From: a virus
Reading direction: 5' to 3' (one strand)
Virus record (IMG/VR): IMGVR_UViG_3300045988_070743
Span: 1 to 38,508 of that record
Length of the DNA: 38,508 bases
The stretch's first letter is position 1, and each line of letters begins with the position of its first letter. The notes beneath the pieces are model-generated. The model saw nothing but the letters and a program-made list of their open reading frames with translations, had not been told where the DNA came from and searched no databases. The translations under genes were made by a program, and so were the position numbers. Of this stretch, positions 33,087 through 38,508 are shown piece by piece.

Positions 33087-34386
33087 GTCTTGCTTCTTCT
33101 GTTTCAAGTTCTGTAATCTCCTCTGTTCTTTTTAAGAATGTTACTGAATTATCATATTCGTAAATGATGTCATTATTTTCATCAAATCCTACAGGCTTTA
33201 AGACTTTTTCAAAAATCTTATAAGGTGATTGTCCTGCTTTTGGTGAATTCCATAAATAATGCAGATAATCTTTCATTGTCATTCCTGCATATTTCGCCCT
33301 AGCTTCTGATGAATTTGTATTAAAACCAATTGCTTTGTTACGTTCAAAATCTAAGAAGTACATATCCTTTTCAATATCTTTCCAATGTACTCTTCCATGT
33401 TTCTTTGCAATTTGTAAAGCTCCACTAAAATTTCCTCTTGAGTAATCCCAATTCTTGCCTAATGCGCAACAACAACAGTTATTCGAGCATTCTTTAAAGT
33501 GTGCGTCTGATACATAGAATCTCATGCCTAATTCATCACATAGCTCTTTCATCTTTTGAATGTATTTAGCCTTTACTTTTCTGTTAAGTCTTAAATATCC
33601 ACTTCCATTTGAATGTTTTCTATAAAAATCTACAATATCAAATCCTGCACATTCACTAATCACATCATAATGCTCCTTAGCTTGTTTAATAGAGCGCATT
33701 TCTAAGCAAAAGAACTCTGTAGTAACTGCAGTAGCTCCTGCCTTTTTTGCTTCTCTAATTAAATCTAGATAGGTTTTATCTGACACTCCTACAATAAATG
33801 GACGCAACCTTAAAGTTGCACCACCTTTTGATAGTTCAGTATACTTTTTCATTGCTTCAAGTCTTTTTCTTGGACTTGGCACACCTACTTCGATTTTTCT
33901 TGCGTCCTCTTCATCTAGTGTGATGATACTAAACTTAACATTCCAATTGTCTGCGTCTTTGAATAACTCTTGATATTTAGGGTCGTTAAATACCCATGCC
34001 GATTTCGTACTAAAACAGATAGGATAGTTAATAGATTTTAGATACTTGAGCATTTCATAGGTTTTACCATATTTCTTTTCATATCCGTCGAATTGGTCCG
34101 ATAATCCACCATATTGAATAGGACGTCTGTCTTTAATGTATTTATAGAATTGTGATTTTGTATCTTCTCCACTGAAAATCTTTTTACACTTCTCAACATT
34201 GATACATTTCACATCTTTATTAAGATATGCTTCTTTACTTGCACCAATACCTCTTTGATATTGGCTAAAACAATAAACACATCCAAATGAACAGTTGGAA
34301 TATGTGTCAAATGTTACCGGTAATGAGCAATCTGCGATTTCTCCTGTCCATCTTGGTGATTGATATGTCTCACTGATTTTATTCAC
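33079..34386 (-). CDS. Radical SAM protein (SPL/COG1533-like)
   Basis: CSFGCVYC = CxxxCxxC cluster near the N-terminus, and a second Cys cluster CSNNCCCCALG. GTG lies 7 nt after GGAGG. Confidence 0.7.
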   Translation of the reverse strand: MNKISETYQSPRWTGEIADCSLPVTFDTYSNCSFGCVYCFSQYQRGIGASKEAYLNKDVKCINVEKCKKIFSGEDTKSQFYKYIKDRRPIQYGGLSDQFDGYEKKYGKTYEMLKYLKSINYPICFSTKSAWVFNDPKYQELFKDADNWNVKFSIITLDEEDARKIEVGVPSPRKRLEAMKKYTELSKGGATLRLRPFIVGVSDKTYLDLIREAKKAGATAVTTEFFCLEMRSIKQAKEHYDVISECAGFDIVDFYRKHSNGSGYLRLNRKVKAKYIQKMKELCDELGMRFYVSDAHFKECSNNCCCCALGKNWDYSRGNFSGALQIAKKHGRVHWKDIEKDMYFLDFERNKAIGFNTNSSEARAKYAGMTMKDYLHYLWNSPKAGQSPYKIFEKVLKPVGFDENNDIIYEYDNSVTFLKRTEEITELETEEARHV

Positions 34387-34387
34387 C

Positions 34388-35149
34388 TTATATCCTCCAT
34401 TTCCTTTTCAACAATACTGTTCTATCTTTTTTTGTTACCATATCCGGATATTTCTTTACTAGGCGTCTAAGCCATAGTTCTTGTTCTCCTCTTTGGTATC
34501 TGTCATACATTCCGCCTTTTTCCTTTCCCATGTAAGATTTATTTGGCACAATGTTATTTACTCTAGCTATGATATACCCTTGCCTAATCATTCTTAGATT
34601 CAATTCATAATCCTCTAACATATCCCATTTCTCATCAAATTTGATTTCTTCACTTTTAATAACAAAACACAATCCACCTTGTACGAGTGTATTGAATGAA
34701 TATGTTTCACCTTTCTTAACATAGCTAGCTATATTCATATTATTGGTTGTGGGTAGACATCCCATGAAGTGAATATTGTTCTTTTGCATAAATGAGAATA
34801 CCTCATTAAATGTCTTATCCAACTCAGTGATTTTTTTCTGCGTTCCACATTTATTCCCTTGCTTTTCTTCCCATTTTCTAAAATCTCTGATGTCATCATC
34901 TAGTAAGATGATTTTTGCCCCATTTTCAAAATAATTTAGAATGTTATTTCTATTCGAAGCTACGTTATTCCCACGCCTAGTAATGATTTGAGCTTGACTC
35001 CCTAATTCTTCAACATAAGTTTTGAAATCATTTGAATCATTTAAGCTAATAACAATTCTTTCATCTTCAATCCCGCATTCTTTTAGTGCGTGATATGTTT
35101 TACATTTTGGTCTATGATAACTTGCTATTGCATAATAGATGTTATTCAT
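34388..35149 (-). CDS. GT-A fold glycosyltransferase-like protein
   Basis: N-terminal YYAIASYHRP strand and the IILLDDDI (DxD) motif. Confidence 0.5.
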   Translation of the reverse strand: MNNIYYAIASYHRPKCKTYHALKECGIEDERIVISLNDSNDFKTYVEELGSQAQIITRRGNNVASNRNNILNYFENGAKIILLDDDIRDFRKWEEKQGNKCGTQKKITELDKTFNEVFSFMQKNNIHFMGCLPTTNNMNIASYVKKGETYSFNTLVQGGLCFVIKSEEIKFDEKWDMLEDYELNLRMIRQGYIIARVNNIVPNKSYMGKEKGGMYDRYQRGEQELWLRRLVKKYPDMVTKKDRTVLLKRKWRI

Positions 35150-35723
35150 GCATTAATTCCTTGATGTCGTAGCACACTTTTAATTCAGTTACCTGTAAAA
35201 GTTTCTCTAAGAATAGTTGCTCTTCCTCTGTTTCATATGTAATGATTACACGTTGTTTTTTTAACATTTCTTCTGAATGTTCGCTAAATGCGTCCATAAG
35301 CTCGTTGTCATATCCTTCTGCTTCCATATCCTCAGTTAATGCACTAATTTCAAAATCGCCAAATCCGAAATCTCTCATGTCGATTCCGTCGATTTCTTCT
35401 AGCTCTTCCATTTCTGTTTTTAATGCGTCTAAATCCCACGAAGCTTTTTCTGCCGTTTTATTATCTGCAATTCTAAATGCTTTTACTTGCTCATCCGTTA
35501 AATCATCTGCAACCACACAAGGAACAGTTTCTAAGCCTAATTCTTGACTAGCTTTATATCGTGTATGACCTGCAACAATAACTCCATTTTTATCAATAAC
35601 AATAGGGACTTTGAAGCCGAATTCCTCAATAGAATTTTTAACAAATTTCACTGCTCCATCATTGATTCTAGGGTTATTCTCATAAGGTTTTAGCTCATTT
35701 AATCTTTTTTCAACAATATTCAT
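35142..35723 (-). CDS. ParB/sulfiredoxin-like nuclease-domain protein
   Basis: LKPYENNPRIND...PIVIDKNGVIVAGHTRYKAS motif. ATG 35723 follows GGAGGGG. The track ORF extends to 35747. Confidence 0.7.
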   Translation of the reverse strand: MNIVEKRLNELKPYENNPRINDGAVKFVKNSIEEFGFKVPIVIDKNGVIVAGHTRYKASQELGLETVPCVVADDLTDEQVKAFRIADNKTAEKASWDLDALKTEMEELEEIDGIDMRDFGFGDFEISALTEDMEAEGYDNELMDAFSEHSEEMLKKQRVIITYETEEEQLFLEKLLQVTELKVCYDIKELMHE

Positions 35724-35743
35724 TATTTCCCCTCCTTTTAAAC

Positions 35744-35989
35744 TCATAGAGCGTCATTTACATTTATACAAGTATTTGTATTCTTGATGTATTCATCACA
35801 GTATAATTCCTTTTTATCGCCGTTATACGTCACCTCATAGTAATTGTCTGTGCTTTGAGCACTAATTAATGCTTTATTGTTTTGAAGCACTCTAACCATC
35901 CATACAACGAACATTTCACTGATTGCAATATTTGGGTTTACTTGAAATACTGCATTCATTGCTAATTCTTGAAATTCTTTTGAACCCAT
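35744..35989 (-). CDS. Hypothetical protein (81 aa), first ORF after the tRNA
   Basis: GGAGG lies 5 nt upstream of the ATG. Confidence 0.6.
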   Translation of the reverse strand: MGSKEFQELAMNAVFQVNPNIAISEMFVVWMVRVLQNNKALISAQSTDNYYEVTYNGDKKELYCDEYIKNTNTCINVNDAL

Positions 35990-36004
35990 ATTCTCCTCCT
36001 TATT

Positions 36005-36032
36005 ATTAAAAGAACCGAGACAAATGCTCGGT
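36005..36032 (-). terminator. Intrinsic terminator downstream of the tRNA locus
   Basis: Minus-sense ACCGAG-CAUUUGU-CUCGGU followed by UCUUUUAAU. Confidence 0.6.
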
Positions 36033-36114
36033 AATATATCAAAGCCTAATTGTATGCCATTGTTGGTATTTAATATCTAATTTGGGAAGGACTTACTGAT
36101 AGGCTTTGTAATCA

Positions 36115-36190
36115 TGGTTGCAGGAGAAGGAATTGCACCATTCGACCTCTAGCTAATAAGACTAGTGAGCTACTACTGCTCTATCCTGCT
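36115..36190 (-). tRNA. tRNA-like gene, anticodon UAU (reads AUA), with initiator-type features
   Basis: 5'-AGCAGGAUAGAGCAGUAGUAGCUCACUAGUCUUAUUAGCUAGAGGUCGAAUGGUGCAAUUCCUUCUCCUGCAACCA-3'. Acceptor 2-7/66-71 is paired and 1:72 is an A.A mismatch. U8; D stem GAGC/GCUC; anticodon stem CUAGU/GCUAG; loop CU-UAU-UA. Variable loop AGGUC; T arm GAA(U)GG-UGCAAUU-CCUUC; A73; encoded CCA. Folded by hand only. Confidence 0.65.
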
Positions 36191-36206
36191 AAAACAATTA
36201 TTACAT

Positions 36207-36230
36207 GAAAAAATGCTCACAATGTGAGCA
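36207..36230 (-). terminator. Intrinsic terminator after the late-activator gene (hairpin copy 2)
   Basis: Minus-sense UGCUCAC-AUU-GUGAGCA followed by U6. It overlaps the stop codon. Confidence 0.7.
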
Positions 36231-36543
36231 CTTTCTTCAAGTTCTTGTTTATTTTTCTTGGAATTTCTTCTCTTGCATAACCCACAATATTAGATGTCTT
36301 TTCTGCACTAAATCCCTTTATATATCTATACTCAATCATTGTTCGAGTCGTATCATCAAGTTGGCTTAATTTATCTTTTACATAATTCATTCTTCTTGCA
36401 TAATCTGCATGAGCCAAGAATAGCTCGGCTTTTAAAGGATAAATTGCTTCATCCCTTTGTAGCTCTGCTATCTTTTGCTCATAATATGTGTACGATTGGC
36501 ATTCACACAAGAAGTGTCTCTTAATATCTTCATACGTGCTCAT
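36217..36543 (-). CDS. ArpU/RinA-like late transcriptional activator (sigma region-4-like)
   Basis: MIEYRYIKGFSAEKTSNIVGYAREEIPRKINKNLKKV HTH pattern. It is the last gene before the late region. Confidence 0.55.
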   Translation of the reverse strand: MSTYEDIKRHFLCECQSYTYYEQKIAELQRDEAIYPLKAELFLAHADYARRMNYVKDKLSQLDDTTRTMIEYRYIKGFSAEKTSNIVGYAREEIPRKINKNLKKVLTL

Positions 36544-36743
36544 GAACTGTATACCTTATACAATCTATCTTTTAATTCGCCAACTTCACTTCTTAATTTC
36601 TTGATTTCTTTAGCTTGAGTATGAATTGTTGCGTTTCTTTCTTTTATAGTCTGCTTCAATTCAATATTCTTCCTTCCTAGTCTATTGTTTTTATAAATTA
36701 ACTCTTTAATCCTTTCTTCATAATTCATTTCTATTAATTTCAC
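36540..36743 (-). CDS. Hypothetical coiled-coil protein (up to 67 aa)
   Basis: GTG 36743 abuts the SD. ATA 36734-36732 (8 nt after GGAGG) and ATG 36728 are in frame. Confidence 0.5.
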   Translation of the reverse strand: MKLIEMNYEERIKELIYKNNRLGRKNIELKQTIKERNATIHTQAKEIKKLRSEVGELKDRLYKVYSS

Positions 36744-36746
36744 CTC

Positions 36747-37229
36747 CTAGAATGGTAAATCATCTGAAGCAATTTCAAAATTGCTTCCATCGTTATATTC
36801 TTGTTGTGCAATTTGTTGTGTCAAACTAGGTTGTGCATACGTGTTTTGCGTTCCGTAAGTGTTGTTATATGCTTGATTCGGTTGTTGATATGTATTTACA
36901 TTAGGATTGTAATTCTGCCCATTAGAAGCGCTTTTAGGTGGTAATTGTACGTTACTAGCTACCACTTCAGTGATATAAATTCTTTGTCCTTGTTGGTTCT
37001 CATAATTTCTAACACTGATTCTTCCTTCAACAGTAACTAAATCGCCTTTCTTACAATACATATTTACAATGTCTGCTAATTTATTCCATGCTACGCAATT
37101 AATAAAATCTGTAGTGTTATTGTATCCGTTTACTGCTACCGTAAATTTTGCTACGCTATTTCCATTTTGTGTTTTTGCTAACTCAACGTCTTTAGTTAAG
37201 TGCCCTGCTATTACTGCTACATTAATCAT
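36747..37229 (-). CDS. ssb: Single-stranded DNA-binding protein
   Basis: OB-fold N-terminus, Q/N/Y-rich linker and acidic tip DDLPF. Confidence 0.85.
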   Translation of the reverse strand: MINVAVIAGHLTKDVELAKTQNGNSVAKFTVAVNGYNNTTDFINCVAWNKLADIVNMYCKKGDLVTVEGRISVRNYENQQGQRIYITEVVASNVQLPPKSASNGQNYNPNVNTYQQPNQAYNNTYGTQNTYAQPSLTQQIAQQEYNDGSNFEIASDDLPF

Positions 37230-37243
37230 TTTCTACCTCTTTT

Positions 37244-37852
37244 CTATTTTTCACTTACTTCACAATTTGCTAAAATATCTTGAATCTTTGTATCATAATC
37301 AACACATTTGAAATATCCTTTATCTTTTAACTTTATTAATCGCTTAAACTTTGAAAGTGTATAACCTTCATGAACATAACTATATGTTTGGATTAAATCA
37401 TATTCAAACTGGCTCAATTTATATGTTGGCTTCTTGTATGGACTTGCTAACCATCTAAGTCTTTCTTCTCCACAACGACCACAAGGACCACCAAAATCAC
37501 ATTTATCACAATGTACATCCTTACACCGCATAGGTTTTCCGTTAGTTACCGCAAAACTATTAATACCAAATATTCCTATATCATCGAAATATCTTTCAAG
37601 ATTCGTTTCTTGTTTTATTTCCTGCTTTTCATCTTCTAACCAACCAAGTTCTTCACATTGTTTATGAATTGCATTTTCTAACAAATGATTAATATTAATA
37701 GTAATTCTTCCATAACAATATAAATTTGTAATTGTTACACGTTTTTTCTCAAACAATATGCTATTTTCAAAATCAGAAATATAAAGCAAAACACCTTCAC
37801 TTTCTTCTTTTTTTTCATAGCCTAATTCTTCAAACATCTGTTCTGCATTCAT
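37244..37852 (-). CDS. Cys-rich protein, paralog B (202 aa)
   Basis: ATG 37852 follows GAGGTGG. The N-terminal ~75 aa are paralogous to 37863..38264. C-terminal CKDVHCDKCDFGGPCGRCG cluster. Confidence 0.6.
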   Translation of the reverse strand: MNAEQMFEELGYEKKEESEGVLLYISDFENSILFEKKRVTITNLYCYGRITININHLLENAIHKQCEELGWLEDEKQEIKQETNLERYFDDIGIFGINSFAVTNGKPMRCKDVHCDKCDFGGPCGRCGEERLRWLASPYKKPTYKLSQFEYDLIQTYSYVHEGYTLSKFKRLIKLKDKGYFKCVDYDTKIQDILANCEVSEK

Positions 37853-37862
37853 TAAATCCACC

Positions 37863-38264
37863 TCAATCAACAATCTTTCTACCACAATTTGGACAATACT
37901 TAGGTGTGTATTCGTAAGTACATTCATCACCAGTGTCATCATCTTCGTCCACTTTAATTTCTTGATACTCTTCAAGTACAATCCCACAATTTGAACATTC
38001 GAATCGGTCACATAAATTGTACTCGGACAGATTTTCGCAAGTCTTTTCATCTAGCCATCCAAGCTCTTCTGCTTGTTTATCAATAGCTTGCAATATATCT
38101 CCCTCGATTTTCACTTCCATGTAGGTGTCTATATTAATTTCTTTTTCTGATAAGTCGAACGTTATTTCAAAAGTTGAGTATCCAAATTTTTGTAAATAAA
38201 TTATTTTGTCATCTTCTACATTTCTTTTGTATCCTAGTTCTTCAAATATTTCACTTGCAGTCAT
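37863..38264 (-). CDS. Zinc-ribbon protein, paralog A (133 aa)
   Basis: N-terminal EIFEELGY...AEELGWLDEK domain, plus CSNCG...CPNCG zinc ribbon. Confidence 0.6.
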   Translation of the reverse strand: MTASEIFEELGYKRNVEDDKIIYLQKFGYSTFEITFDLSEKEINIDTYMEVKIEGDILQAIDKQAEELGWLDEKTCENLSEYNLCDRFECSNCGIVLEEYQEIKVDEDDDTGDECTYEYTPKYCPNCGRKIVD

Positions 38265-38508
38265 ACGTTTTTATTTCCTCCTTAAGCTCGTTTATAGCTT
38301 GTTTAACAACTTTCAAATCTAAATCAAAGTTACTAACTAAATCTGCCATACGATTGTTAGAATAGCTCTGTAAAGCCGATTCTAGCGTTGTATGGTATGA
38401 GATAGGCTTTTGTACGTCTATCTTATTTCCTTCTTTGTCTTTACCTTTTGCAAATGTTACAAGGGCGAATGAACCACCGCTAGAAGTGATTGCATAATTG
38501 TTTTGTAA
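38251..38508 (-). CDS. 3' part of the 88-aa ORF that wraps around the window ends
   Basis: In frame with repeat copy 2. The stop is TGA at 38253-38251. The start would lie 9 nt beyond the right edge. Confidence 0.6.
   Translation of the reverse strand, partial: LQNNYAITSSGGSFALVTFAKGKDKEGNKIDVQKPISYHTTLESALQSYSNNRMADLVSNFDLDLKVVKQAINELKEEIKTYDCK
38319..38508. repeat. Terminal direct repeat, copy 2 (matches 1..190)
   Basis: Offset is 38,318 nt. There is a single mismatch at 38424. Confidence 0.95.

Larger units (their letters stand above)
1..38508 (-). mobile_element. Complete temperate siphovirus-type phage (or excised prophage) genome; unit 38,318 bp closed by a 190-bp overlap
   Basis: Lysogeny, recombination/replication, packaging, head, tail and lysis modules are all present. 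Nearly all coding is on the minus strand. The first 190 nt recur at the window end. Confidence 0.85.

Noticed and set aside
36033-36114. A second tRNA downstream of the tRNA(UAU) gene, suggested by the 9-bp inverted repeat.
   Set aside because: No D-arm, anticodon-arm or T-loop arrangement could be folded by hand. It is kept only as an unexplained structured element.
37853-38050. The N-terminal 66-aa extension of track ORF 37244..38050.
   Set aside because: It overlaps the 3' end of 37863..38264 in another frame. The internal ATG 37852 has a good SD and starts the paralogous domain.
180-38365. All plus-strand ORFs in the track other than 7063..7464 and 7448..8092 (for example 180..509, 2348..2746, 17928..18329, 25684..26217, 35242..35547).
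   Set aside because: They lie antisense inside well-supported minus-strand genes. They lack SD sequences and translate to low-complexity Phe/Leu/Ser/Ile-rich strings, as expected from the reverse complement of AT-rich coding DNA.
1-38508. An alternative genetic code (translation table 4, where ATA is an accepted start) as the explanation for the ATA starts.
   Set aside because: TGA clearly acts as a stop at many well-defined gene ends, with ATGA-type coupling to the next gene. Trp is encoded by TGG in conserved motifs.

Overview
This window is a complete, AT-rich temperate siphovirus-type phage or prophage genome. The unit is 38,318 bp, and the first 190 nt recur at the window end with one mismatch. 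Almost all genes are on the minus strand. Only the XRE repressor and one membrane protein are on the plus strand.

Modules in transcription order:
- Lysogeny switch, integrase and attP
- Early genes: Erf, NinB-like, RusA, HNH-like, replisome organizer with internal iterons, dimeric dUTPase, SSB, two zinc-ribbon paralogs
- ArpU/RinA-like late activator
- ParB-like, GT-A-like and radical-SAM operon
- TerS, TerL and portal
- A tail-fibre cassette in an unusual position
- MuF-like protein, scaffold and capsid
- Neck proteins, tail tube, chaperones, tape measure, Dit and tip protein
- Holin
- Six cargo genes, including a BclA-C-terminal (C1q-like) domain protein and a sigma-region-4 protein
- CHAP/SH3b/amidase_2 lysin
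- A small accessory operon next to attP

The main finding combines two observations.
- At least eight essential late genes have no ATG, GTG or TTG between the upstream in-frame stop and conserved N-terminal sequence. They are portal, two fibre proteins, major capsid, tail tube, tape measure, Dit and lysin. Each has a strong Shine-Dalgarno (SD) site correctly spaced from an ATA codon, often in ATAG, ATAA or TAATA overlaps that mimic ATGA and TAATG coupling.
- A 76-nt tRNA-like gene at 36115..36190 (minus) sits just upstream of the late operon. Its anticodon is UAU, and it has bacterial initiator hallmarks: an unpaired 1:72, A11:U24, and a GCAACCA 3' end.

I propose a phage-encoded, AUA-reading, initiator-type tRNA that gates translation of an AUA-start late regulon.

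All homology calls come from remembered family motifs. No searches or folding programs were run. Many start sites are re-assigned relative to the ORF track, and several ORFs under 60 aa are added.
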